DNA of 64,000 nucleotides from Wenzhouxiangellaceae bacterium (GTDB lineage Bacteria; Pseudomonadota; Gammaproteobacteria; Xanthomonadales; Wenzhouxiangellaceae): NCBI GenBank assembly GCA_032251475.1, contig JAVVDX010000001.1, positions 665 to 64,664 of the forward strand, read 5' to 3'. Shown piece by piece: positions 1 to 11,374 of this stretch (position 1 is its first letter; each line of letters starts with the position of its first letter). The notes under the pieces were generated by a model. It saw only the letters and a program-made list of their open reading frames with translations, ran no database searches and was not told where the DNA came from. The position numbers and the translations under genes were made by a program.

Positions 1-652
1 CTGCGGCATGGTTGCGCTGGCATCGCCGGTCATCGGCGCGCCACTGGCCAGCGTGCTGATCGTGTTCGAGCTGACCCACAACTACACCGCGACGCTGGCC
101 GCGCTGGCCAGTGTGGCGATCGCAAACCTGATCGCCTACCGATTCTTCGGCCGCTCGCTGTTCGACGTACAGCTCGGCGGCAAGGGGCTGGACCTGTCCA
201 CCGGACGCAGCAAGGCGCGCCTTTCCGGCGTGACGCTGCACGGCCTGATCAGCGATGAATATCTTGCAGTCGACCGCAAACATTCGATCGACCGGGTTCT
301 CCGGGACATGAGCCTCGGTGGATACACGGAAGCCTGCGTGCTCGACCATGCCGACGGCACCGCGCGCTTTGCCGGGATCGTCACGCTGGCCGACGCCTAC
401 CGCACCCGCCTCGACGACGACCGGGCCGTTGCCGGCGACGCAATGCGCGAAGACTGGCCGGTGCTCAATGCCGAAACCACGGTCTGGCAGGCCATGGATT
501 ACCTGCGGACATTCACCGGCCAGGTCGTGCCGGTCGTCGAATCGGCCGACCACCCGCGGCTGCTGGGCGTGGTGACCGAACAGGCACTGGTAAGCGCGTA
601 TCTGGAAACGATGGAGCGCGTTCGCCGCGAAGAGCACGGCACTCAGAATTAA
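1..652 (+). CDS. ClC-family chloride channel, C-terminal part with tandem CBS domains (5' truncated by window edge)
   Basis: GAPLASVLIVFELT..Y and SLFDVQL ClC C-terminal helices, followed by CBS-like segments (GIVTLAD, LLGVVTE). Confidence 0.85.
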   Translation, partial: CGMVALASPVIGAPLASVLIVFELTHNYTATLAALASVAIANLIAYRFFGRSLFDVQLGGKGLDLSTGRSKARLSGVTLHGLISDEYLAVDRKHSIDRVLRDMSLGGYTEACVLDHADGTARFAGIVTLADAYRTRLDDDRAVAGDAMREDWPVLNAETTVWQAMDYLRTFTGQVVPVVESADHPRLLGVVTEQALVSAYLETMERVRREEHGTQN

Positions 653-696
653 GCAACCTCTGGATAACCCTGTGTGCAGGGTTGTTCAGAGGTTCC
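653..696. repeat. 44-bp palindrome filling the gap between convergent stop codons (bidirectional terminator or minimal MITE)
   Basis: AACCTCTGGATAACCCTG-TGTG-CAGGGTTGTTCAGAGGTT, flanked directly by TAA and TCA. Confidence 0.7.
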
Positions 697-1116
697 TCAA
701 CCGGCAAGCGCTTCCAGCGCAGCCTTCCATGGCAACAGCGCGTTGCGCACCCGCGAGGGGAACTTTCCGACCGCGCGCAACGCGTTGAAATCGCCCAGGC
801 CCGGGTCGTCCGGCGCATCCTCGTCGGCCAGCAGCGACCGGAATCGCCCCTCGGCGGCGCGCACCTCGGCCGGTCTGCGTCCGGCCAGCCAGTCGGTCAG
901 CATCGACGCCGAGGCGGTCGTGATCGCGCACGCCTCGCCGGACCAGCTCGCCCGCTCGATTGCGCCGTTTTCAACCTTCAGCCAAATCCGCATGTCGTCG
1001 CCGCACAACGCATCGAGCCCGCGCGCGCTGTGCGTCGCATCGGAAAGCTCGAAATGGTTGTGCGGCGCTCGGTTGTGATCGAGTATCTGCGCCTGGTAGA
1101 GTTCGGTCAATGTCAT
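697..1116 (-). CDS. SufU/IscU (NifU-N) family Fe-S assembly protein
   Basis: LYQAQILDH..P, LCGD, ACAITTASAS; third conserved Cys replaced (RVRNALLPW). Confidence 0.85.
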   Translation of the reverse strand: MTLTELYQAQILDHNRAPHNHFELSDATHSARGLDALCGDDMRIWLKVENGAIERASWSGEACAITTASASMLTDWLAGRRPAEVRAAEGRFRSLLADEDAPDDPGLGDFNALRAVGKFPSRVRNALLPWKAALEALAG

Positions 1117-1137
1117 GGCGCCATAGTCTACAAGCGA

Positions 1138-2390
1138 CTATCCGGCCAGCCACAGTCTTGCCTGCGACCCGTCCAGGCCATCATCGCGCGGCAGTAGTTC
1201 CAGCCCGCCGCCGCGCAGTTCGGCGATGCGCCGCACCAGCGCCAGGCCGATGCCGCTGCCGCCGGGCTTGGTGGTGAAAAACGGCACGAACAAGTTGGCG
1301 CTGTGCGGCGGACCGGGACCGTTGTCGAGCACACTGAGTTCCAGTTCGTCGGCACGCCGGCGCCAGCGCACAAGCACCTCGGGCTCGCGTCGGTCGACGC
1401 AGGCCTCGACAGCATTTCGGACCAGATTGATCAGTGTCCGGCTGGTCGGCATCGGCGTCGAAGCGGCACCGCGCGCCGTCCAGCCCAACGGTCAGGCGCG
1501 TTTCCAGCGCGGCGATCTTTGCCGCCAACCGGTCGATGTCGATCGGACGGCGGTCCGGCTCGGGCAGTTTGGCCAGGCCGGCGTAGAGACCGACGAAGCG
1601 CGACAGCGCGCCGGTGTCGACCGCGTCGCCGTCGCGCGCGATTCGGGTTTGCCAGGTCTCGGCCAGGGACTTGATCGGGCTCAAGCTGTTGTTGATCTCG
1701 TGACTCATGACCCGCACCAGACCCTGCCAGGCCTCGTTGCGTTCGGCCGAAAGCACGCCGCCGACCTCGGCAAGCACCAGTAGCCGGTGCGGCACGCCGC
1801 CCAGCCGGAATGCGCGTCGACGCACCATGAACCGCCCGCTGCCGCCCGGCAGCACCAGCCGGATGCTGTCGTCCGGATCCTGCTCGAGCAAGCCGTCCAT
1901 GTTCAGAGCGACTGCATCGATGCCGTCGTGCAGATTCAGCCCGATCAGCCGTCGTGCGGCCGGGTTGCTCAACGTCAGCACACCGTCGTCGCGAAACGCC
2001 AGCACCGGAAGTTCGATCTCGTCGAGAATCTTGCCCAGAAGCAGGCCGGATTCGCGCTTGTTCAGCGCCTTGGCGCGCAGTGCATCGGCCAGCAGATTGA
2101 TCGAGTGGGCCAGTTCGTCCAGGCCGCCGAGTTTCGCTTCGCGCAGGCGCAGACTGTAATCACCGTCGCGCAGCGCCTCGACCACGGTTGACGCGCCGGC
2201 CAGCGGGCGCAGCGCCCAGACGGTCATGCGGGACGCGAGCCACAGCAGCAGGACTAACACCATCCCGGCCCCGGCCGCAAGCCAGCCCGGATGCGACTCC
2301 AACCGCTGCCACGAGAACGCGATTGCGGCGAGTACGACCACGCCCAGCACTGTGCCTGCGGCCAGCGCAATCCACACCCGCTGCTTCAGG

Positions 2391-2401
<11 letters not shown>
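1138..2401 (-). pseudogene. NtrY-like HAMP/PAS sensor histidine kinase, frameshifted near 1440
   Basis: H-box RVMSHEINNSLSPI is in ORF 1181-2401. N/G1/F/G2 boxes (LINLVRNA, DNGPG, LFVPFFTTK, GSGIGL) are in a different frame (ORF 1138-1488). Confidence 0.85.
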
Positions 2402-3785
<1,384 letters not shown>

Positions 3786-3870
3786 ACGTCGATGCGTGAA
3801 GCTCCGGTCCCAAGTTCATTCCCCGGGCACAGCATACGATGGACTCGCAGGAGACTCGCCGGTTTCGGGG

Positions 3871-6267
3871 TCATTCATATCGCAGCGCCTCCATCGGGTC
3901 GATCCGGGTTGCGCGCAGCGCCGGGATCAGGCTGGCGATCACGATGGTCAGCGCGATACCGCCCGCAACGACAAGCCATAATGCAGGATCGACGATCGAT
4001 ACCCGGTAGAGCCGCTCGCCCACCAGCCGGGAACTCAACCGGCCACCCGCGAGACCCAGGACCAGGCCCGGCGGCAACAGCCACACCGCACGCAGCAGAA
4101 TCCGGCCCAGGATCCCGCGGCCGGTCGCACCCATTGCCTTGCGCAATCCAATCTCGGCCGTGCGCGAGGTCACCTGGTAGCTCTGCAACGCGTACAGGCC
4201 GTAGAACATCAGTACCAGCGCAAGGCCCGAAAACACGGCCATCAGCGCAAGTTGCGGTTCCCGATCCTGCACCGTCCGACGAACCAGCGATTCGAGCGTG
4301 GAGACGAAACCGACCCGGTCCGGGCCCAGTTCCTGCTCGAGCGCATTGCGAACGTCGGCGGCCAGCAAATCGGGCGCATTCGACGTGCGCATCAGCAGTT
4401 GAACCTGCGTCCCGGGCCTGGCCGAATAGGTGTAGACGGTCGGGTTGCGAGATTCCTCATTGGGCGCCATATGGCGGACCGAGGCGACCACACCGACGAT
4501 CGAATACTGCGCATGACTGTCCGGCCCGTCGCTCAGCCCGAACTGCCGGCCCAGGGCCGACCCGCCCATGTACAAGTCCTCGAAGGCCTTGTCGACGATC
4601 GCGGTTTTGATGCCCTCGCCCGCGTCCTGTTGCCCGAAAGGGCGCCCGGAAAGCAGTTCGATTCCGGCGACCTCGAAGAAATCCTGGCCGGCCGAACGCG
4701 GCCGGGCCGGCACCGGCTCGTCCTGCCTGCCGTCCAGCGAGATCGTCGAAAGCATTTCCATCCGCCCGAACGGCACCAGCTTGGACCAGCTCACCGCATC
4801 GACACCCGGCAGCTCGCGCAGCCGATCGACCGCGGCGGCAACGTTGGCGTCCGACCCGGGCGGCCCGGACTCCATTGTCGTTCCGGTTGGTGAGATGATT
4901 TGGACCGCAATCAGGCGATCCTTCTCAAACCCGAGTTCCTCATCGAGCAGGTTGACCCAGCTCGTAAACAACAGTCCGAGCGCGATCAGCAGGCTGAACG
5001 CAATCCCGATCTGACCGACCATCAGCACTTGGCGAAGTCCGGCGCCGGTACCGCGGGCGGTCAGGCTCCTGCCGCCTAGAAATCGCGATTCGTGACCGGA
5101 TATGCGCCGTGTCAGCCACGCCAGCGTGACCAGAATCGGCACCAGCCCCAGACCGATCAGGGCCAGCCCGGCCAGAATGGTCGGCAACGTCACGCCCGCG
5201 TGCAACGGGCCGTTCTGTTGCAGCACGCCCAACTTGTACAAGAGCTCCAGCCCCAGGCCGGAAAACAACAGCGCGAGCAACGCGCCGGGAACGGCCAGCA
5301 GGAAATACTCCAGCGCGACGCCGACCAGCGCCAGCGCGCGCCTGCCCCCGAGCGCGGCCTGGATTGCCAGTTCGTGGTCGCGTCCGGTCCAGCGCGCCAG
5401 CCACAGTCCGGCCAGGTTCAGCCACGCCGCCAGCAGCACCACCGCGGTGGCGGTGGCCAGAATCAGCAGGCTCTGCCGCTGACCCGAAGCCCAGAGTTCC
5501 CGCAGCGGCCGAACCCGGTACTGCGCTTCCAGCATCGATACGAGCATCTGCAAGCGCGGGTCCGGTCCCAACATCGCCCGGATGCGCTGCTCGAACTGTT
5601 CCGCGGTGGCGGTCCCGAAAACCCGGGCAACCACCGTCAGCGACCCGCGCTGGCCAATCGTCTGCGGCCCGGTCTGCTCTGGACCCAACTCCATCGGCAG
5701 CCAGACACTTGTATCGGATTCCGGAATCGCGAATGCGCGAGGCATTACGCCGACGATCCGGGCCTTGCCGTCACGAAGGTCGAGATTCCGTCCGACCACG
5801 TCCGGATCCGCGCCGAACTCGCGCCGCCACAGGCGCTCGCTGATCAGCGCGACGGGCTCGGCGCCGGGAAGCACATCATCGGCACCGAACGCGCGGCCGG
5901 CCAACGGCGCCAGTCCGATCACTTCGGCCAGCCGGTGGTCGATGCGCACGGCGCGCAGGCTCCGGCCCTCTTCCAGCCGCAGATCGAAAGGCTGGTCGAT
6001 GATTCCGAACCGGCCCAGTTCGCCGCCGCGATCCAGCTCTTCGACCAGCGCCGGCGACAGGCCCATATGCATGCCGACACGGCCGGAAAAAGCCGACAAT
6101 TTGATCAGCTGCCCGGAATTGGGATACGGCAACGGCCGCGCAAACAGCGACCACCCGGCCGTCGTGACCGCGGCCATCCCGTCGATGCTGATCGCGATCA
6201 GCAGCACCACGCTGGCCGAAAACCCCGGGGCACGCAGCATTCGCCGCCAGGCGCGCCGAAATTCCAT
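3871..6267 (-). CDS. ADOP-type duplicated MacB/FtsX ABC transporter permease
   Basis: ~800 aa with two MacB-PCD/FtsX repeats; RAPGF, ELAIQAALG, EIGLRKAMGA, PALRATRIDPMEALRYE. Confidence 0.9.
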   Translation of the reverse strand: MEFRRAWRRMLRAPGFSASVVLLIAISIDGMAAVTTAGWSLFARPLPYPNSGQLIKLSAFSGRVGMHMGLSPALVEELDRGGELGRFGIIDQPFDLRLEEGRSLRAVRIDHRLAEVIGLAPLAGRAFGADDVLPGAEPVALISERLWRREFGADPDVVGRNLDLRDGKARIVGVMPRAFAIPESDTSVWLPMELGPEQTGPQTIGQRGSLTVVARVFGTATAEQFEQRIRAMLGPDPRLQMLVSMLEAQYRVRPLRELWASGQRQSLLILATATAVVLLAAWLNLAGLWLARWTGRDHELAIQAALGGRRALALVGVALEYFLLAVPGALLALLFSGLGLELLYKLGVLQQNGPLHAGVTLPTILAGLALIGLGLVPILVTLAWLTRRISGHESRFLGGRSLTARGTGAGLRQVLMVGQIGIAFSLLIALGLLFTSWVNLLDEELGFEKDRLIAVQIISPTGTTMESGPPGSDANVAAAVDRLRELPGVDAVSWSKLVPFGRMEMLSTISLDGRQDEPVPARPRSAGQDFFEVAGIELLSGRPFGQQDAGEGIKTAIVDKAFEDLYMGGSALGRQFGLSDGPDSHAQYSIVGVVASVRHMAPNEESRNPTVYTYSARPGTQVQLLMRTSNAPDLLAADVRNALEQELGPDRVGFVSTLESLVRRTVQDREPQLALMAVFSGLALVLMFYGLYALQSYQVTSRTAEIGLRKAMGATGRGILGRILLRAVWLLPPGLVLGLAGGRLSSRLVGERLYRVSIVDPALWLVVAGGIALTIVIASLIPALRATRIDPMEALRYE

Positions 6268-6319
6268 CGATAAACTCGGATTCACACGCTGAATTGCATT
6301 TTTGTCGTCATCAGTCGAG

Positions 6320-7144
6320 TCATTTCTCCAGCGCGTCGATGCTCTGCAACACCTTGCGCGCAATCTGCGTTCGCTTGGGCACGTCCTTGCTGCCGTACGG
6401 CATGCCGATATTGAGCGCGAAGAACACCGGCCCGTCCGGCCATTCCACCCAGCCGACCCACCAGCCGACGTTCGGTTCGATTCTGGCCTGGCAGCCGGTC
6501 TTGGCTCTCAGGATCCATTCGCGGGTCCACTCGTGGCCCGCCTCGTTGATCATGAGGTCCTTGACCAGGCGCTGGTGCTCGACCTTGAACGGCAGTTCGT
6601 TGAAGTAGAGCTTGCGCAGGAACTCGATCTGCTCGATCGCCGAGATCTTCAGATCACCGTCGAGCCAGAATCGGTCCACGCCGCCGGACGGATCGGCGTT
6701 TCCGTAGTCGATGCGTTCGAGGTATTCGCGCTCGCGGGCCTCGCCGATCTCGCGCGCGAATTGCTGATAAACCCAGACGACCGAGTTGCGCATCGACGAG
6801 CGCAAATCCTGATCCCGGTTCCAGGCCTCCAGCCAGCGCTTCTCGCCGTCCCACTCAAAGACCTCGAACTCGTCGCGCACCACGCCGGCATCCAGCGCGA
6901 ACAGCGCATGCGACACCTTGAACGTCGACGCCGGCCTGTAGCACCGCCCGGCACGCTCGAGGTTGTGCGCCATTCGCTTTTCACCGGCGCGCAGATCGTG
7001 CACTGCGATGGTGCCCCGCACCCCGCCCTGCTCAAAGTATCCGGCCCAATCGAGTTGCTCCTGCCATTGCGCGCTCAAATCCAATGGCGTCAGCATCAAC
7101 AACTGCACAATGGCCACCAGCCTGCATGTCCTTGCTTTTTTCAT
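6320..7144 (-). CDS. blaOXA: class D beta-lactamase, OXA-2-like
   Basis: Signal peptide plus STFK, SVV, YGN, FWL and KTG motifs; GWWVGWVEWP and VEHQRLVKDLMI recalled as typical of the OXA-2 group; GGAG RBS upstream of ATG 7144. Confidence 0.93.
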   Translation of the reverse strand: MKKARTCRLVAIVQLLMLTPLDLSAQWQEQLDWAGYFEQGGVRGTIAVHDLRAGEKRMAHNLERAGRCYRPASTFKVSHALFALDAGVVRDEFEVFEWDGEKRWLEAWNRDQDLRSSMRNSVVWVYQQFAREIGEAREREYLERIDYGNADPSGGVDRFWLDGDLKISAIEQIEFLRKLYFNELPFKVEHQRLVKDLMINEAGHEWTREWILRAKTGCQARIEPNVGWWVGWVEWPDGPVFFALNIGMPYGSKDVPKRTQIARKVLQSIDALEK

Positions 7145-7166
7145 GAGTCTTCGCTCCATGTTGTCG

Positions 7167-9556
7167 TCATTCATAACGAAGCGCCTGCACCGGCTGCACC
7201 CGGGCCGCGCGGCGCGCCGGCAGCCAGCCCGACACGACGATGACGACCAGCAGGAAGGCGGCCGCCGACAGCATGGCCTCGACGTTCCACGGCGAGATGC
7301 CATACAGCAGACCGGCGGCGGCGCGGCCGATCAGCAGTGCCAGCACCAGTCCAGCAACACCACCGATGGCGCCGAGACGAAACGCGTGAATCAGCACCAT
7401 CCTCTTCAGTCCGTCCGGGCTTGCGCCCAGGGCGCCGCGCAGGCCGAGTTCGGTGGAACGTTGGGCGGTCGTGAAGCTCAGTACGCCGAACAGTCCGACC
7501 GCGGCCAGCACCGTGGCCAGACCGGCGAACAGGGCGGCCAGCGTGCCCATCACCCGGTCCAGTACGATGGTCTGCTGCGAAAAGTGCTTCAGCGTTTCCA
7601 GCCACTCAAGCGGGAGATTCGGATCGAACTCCGCAACGACACCGCGCAGTCGCGGCATCAGCACTACCGGTCCAAGACACTTCGTACATAGAACATTGCA
7701 GCGCTAAAGTTCGGGAACTGACGCATCGGCAGATAGAACTGCGGCGGCGGTTCGTCCTTGATCGTGGAGTAATGCGCATCGGCAATCAGGCCGACGATCT
7801 CGATGTCGAGTTCGACGCCGCTGCCGGTGCTTCGCGCCATGCGCTTGCCGATCACGTCATCCCCCATTTCGAACTTGTCGGCAAACGCCTGATTGACGAT
7901 TGCGATTTTCGGCCCGCCATTGCTGTCCGATGCAGTAAAGCGGCGCCCGGCCAGCAACGGAATCTCCAGCGTGTCGAAATAATCCTCGCCCACGGTGTTG
8001 AAACTCGCACTGGTGTCGGTATCCGGCGAGGCGTCGAAACCTTCAACGGTGACGCCGTTGTCCCAGTTGCTGTCGCTGAGCAGCGGCATCATCGAGATGG
8101 TAGCCGATTCGACTCCGGGCATCTCCGCCAGTCGTGCCCGCAGATCCCTGAACAGTTGCTGGGACCGCTCTACGCTATAACCGTTCTGAGCTGGTGAAAT
8201 TGCAAACTGAACGACCTGCTCGACATTCATGCCCAGGTCGACGCGTGCAATGTTGACCATGCTTTGAATGAACAGTCCCGAGATCGTAAGCAGTGCCAGA
8301 GCAAGCGCGATCTGCCCCGTTACCAGCGCCGAACGTATGCGGCTGGAGAAGCGGCTGGCGCCGGACCGTCCGGCCTGCTCCCGGATCGCCGTAATCGGCC
8401 GACTGCCTAATGCCTGGATCATCGGCACGAGACCGGCAAGCAACACGGCCAGCGAAGCGACTCCGAACGCACTGATTAGAATGCGCCAGTCCATGCTCGC
8501 GCTCATCGGCGAGGGAACGTTGTCGGGCAACATACCAAGAACGATGCGCAACGTCGCCAGACCCACCGGAACGCTGGCCACTGCACCGACAGCCCCCAAG
8601 GTGCCGAGTTGTATGGCCTGCCGCGCCATGACCTGACTGCGTCCTGCGCCGAGCGCCATGCGCACCGCGGTCTCGCCGCGATCCGACAACGCCAATGCCA
8701 GCAGCAGATTGGCGATATTGACGCAGGCGACCAGCAGCACCACGCCGGTGACCGCAAGCATCAGGGTCAACGGTGCGCGAGCCGCTTCGAGTGTTCGCGC
8801 CTGACCGCGTGCAATCGGAACGAACTCGAGCGGCTTGGTCAGAAAGCGCTGGCGGTATTCGTCGCTGACTTCGTCGAGCAGAGGGGCATCGAGCTCACGC
8901 AGGAATTGCCGGTAGCCGAGTTCGAGGATCGACCGCACCCGGTCCGCACCGTCCGGCGCCGAAATGCGTGTGAACAAGTACATCCAATAGTTGTTTCTAG
9001 GCTCCAGTTCCCATCCGATTTCGGCCATGTCGAGCACGCGCGGCAGCGGCACGAAGACGTCGACCGGATTGAACCGGTTCACGCCGACAAAGCCGCGCGG
9101 CGCGGCGCCGACGATGCGAAAAGTCTTGCCGTTGACGATCATCGACCGGCCGACCGCATCGGGATCGGCACCGAAATCGCGCTGCCAGTACACGTGGCTC
9201 AGGACCACGCCATCGCCCTCGCCCGGATTGACGAACTCACCGGAGCGGAACAGCCGGCCGGCCGCCGGCGCCAGCCCCAGCACTTCGAAATAGTTGGCGG
9301 TCACGAACACGCCGGAGCCGTTGACCGTCGCGCCGTCGAACGCCAGGTTGGCCCCGAAGTTCCTGAACCCGGCAAGTCCGTCGTGCGGTGCGTCAACCGC
9401 GCTCAGGTCCCGCCACATCGAATAGCTGAAGGTCATTTCCTCCCCACCCGTCCCACTATTGCTCTGCATGCCCTGCTTCGGACCGGGGGACGACAGCGCG
9501 TACAACTCGTCGGGATTCGGGACGGGCAGCTTCTGCAGCAGAACCTGCTGGAAGAC
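7167..9556 (-). pseudogene. ADOP-type ABC permease, N-terminus deleted and frameshifted near 7670
   Basis: Begins abruptly at VFQQVLLQKLPVPNPDEL. The main ORF stops at 7664 and the C-terminal FtsX domain (ELGLRGALGA...QALRYE) is in another frame. Confidence 0.85.
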
Positions 9557-9896
9557 GGTAGGTCAGCGGCAGTTCGACGTTTTCGAGCACGCTGAGATCC
9601 CCGATCAGGTTGAATGCCTGGAAGATGAAGCCGATCTCCCTGTTGCGTATCTTTGCGCGCTTGCCGGCGTTGATATCGTCGACCGAAACGCCGTTGAGAC
9701 GGTATCCGCCATCGGTCGGCGTGTCGAGCAGCCCGAGCAGGGACAGCAACGTCGACTTGCCGCAACCCGACGGACCGGAAATCGATACGTATTCGCCCTT
9801 GTCGATGGTCAGGTGGATGCCGGCCAGTGCATGGGTCTCGACCTCGTCGGCGTAGAACACCTTGCGGATATCGTTCATTGCAATCAGTTGAGTCAT
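9557..9896 (-). pseudogene. MacB/LolD-type ABC ATP-binding protein, C-terminal half deleted
   Basis: Walker A GPSGCGKST and IGFIFQAFNL...ENVELPLTYR, then joins permease sequence; no signature motif or Walker B. Confidence 0.88.
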
Positions 9897-9925
9897 GGGA
9901 TAGCTCTCAGGATTCAGATAAGGAT

Positions 9926-9955
9926 TTATCAGTGTTCATCTGTGTTTATCTGTGG
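9926..9955. repeat. three tandem ~10-bp units (TTATCAGTGT/TCATCTGTGT/TTATCTGTGG), same family as 24777-24982
   Basis: Direct sequence comparison with 24950-24982. Confidence 0.7.
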
Positions 9956-9962
9956 ACTGCTT

Positions 9963-11195
9963 TCATTCCAGCGCCACGCGCTCGTGTTCGGACCACCGCG
10001 ACATGTCGGACAGGATCACGCGGTCGCCTTCGGCGAGACCGGAGCGGATCTCGATGCGACCGACCGACGCGCGGCCGAGTTCGACGATGACGCGTTCGGC
10101 CACGCGCTCGTCGATCAGCCGGTACAGAGAAACCCGGCCGTCGGGCTGGCCGGAAGCCGGACGACCGACGTGGAGCACGTCGGCCAGCCGTTCGAGTTCT
10201 ATGGTGCCGTCGACCGACAGGTCGGGCCGGGCGCCGGCCGGCAGCTCGCCGGTCAACTCCACGTCCACCTGCACCGTTCCGTTCTGCACAGCCGGGTCGA
10301 TGCGCATGACATGCCCGGGCACGATGCCGTTGCGTGTATCGACTCTGACGGCCTGGTCGAGCCGGATTTCGCGCGCCTGGGTCTCGGCGATGCGAAGCTC
10401 GGCAATAAGTGCATCGGGCTGCGCAACGCGCGCGACGTTGGCCCCGACCTGCACCTGCTGGCCAGGCTCGACGGCGATTTCCTGGAGTACGCCGGACATT
10501 CCGGCGCGAATGGCCAGGCCGTCAACCTGCTGCTGCCGCCGGCTCACGAGTCGTCAGATCTGCCCGATGCGCGCGTCCTCGGCGGCGACCCGAGCCTCGT
10601 GCGATGCCCGGAGGCGCTCGAACCGTTGCTCCTCGAACCGGACCCGGGCTTCGAGCTGGCCCGCACGCAGCTCGGACCGGCGGTACTGGATGACCGAGAC
10701 AATGCCCCGTTCCGACGGGGTTTTTTCGGCGTCGGCCTGCAGGCGTTCGGATTTGGCGTCGGCGCGCAACGCGGCCAGTCCGGCCTGCGCCTCGAGCACC
10801 TCGCGGTCGAGTTCCGCCACAAGTGATGCCCGGTCGGCCACCGCCGCTTCCGCGTCCCAGCGCGCTTCCTCGAGCTGCTGGACGAGGTCCGCGTTCGACA
10901 TCTCCACCAGCACCGTTTCCGGCTCGACCCTAACCCCCGGCTTCGAGACAATGCGCTCCACGCGACCGCCGCTGGCAGCCGGAATCCAGCGAATCACCTT
11001 CGGCACAAGCGTTCCGGGACCGCGAACCTCGCGCTTGAACGAACCCCGCTCGACGGTGCCGACCCAGGTCGACGCACGCGCCACCTCCGGCAGCACCGGA
11101 TCCAGCGTCACGGCGAAAACGGTGAGACGGGCAACCGCGACGACGATCCGGCGTTTGCGTCGGCGGGTTCTCAGTTCCGGACAAATGATATCCAC
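9963..11195 (-). pseudogene. HlyD/MacA-family periplasmic adaptor with in-frame TGA at 10554-10556
   Basis: VRGPGTLVP, GGRVERI and PAGARPDLSVDG; the two ORFs are in the same frame (QI*RLVSRR). Confidence 0.88.
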
Positions 11196-11206
11196 GACGA
11201 CTATAA

Positions 11207-11223
11207 AGCAATCGCCGTGCCAA
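11207..11223 (-). promoter_or_regulatory. sigma-54 (-24/-12) promoter of the exporter operon
   Basis: TTGGCAC-GGCGA-TTGCT on the minus strand matches TGGCAC-N5-TTGC; the operon encodes its own sigma-54 activator. Confidence 0.85.
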
Positions 11224-11307
11224 TCTCACAGGATACTGTTTTTTATGTGCTTTTATTCAAATATGGGATTGTTTCGATGCCATTTCCGGGCAATTTCGAA
11301 ACTGCCG

Positions 11308-11323
11308 GTCCCGCAACCGGGAC
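11308..11323. promoter_or_regulatory. putative upstream activator site for the NtrC-type regulator
   Basis: Palindrome GTCCCG-CAAC-CGGGAC about 85-100 bp upstream of the -24 element, separated from it by an AT-rich tract. Confidence 0.5.
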
Positions 11324-11374
11324 GGTAGCCGTCTCTATGAATTGTTGCGCCGGAAATGTTCAGGCGATTCTCGA

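Noticed and set aside
6268-6320. Possible attC site making blaOXA an integron cassette
   Set aside because: No RYYYAAC...GTTRRRY palindrome after the stop and no integrase in the window
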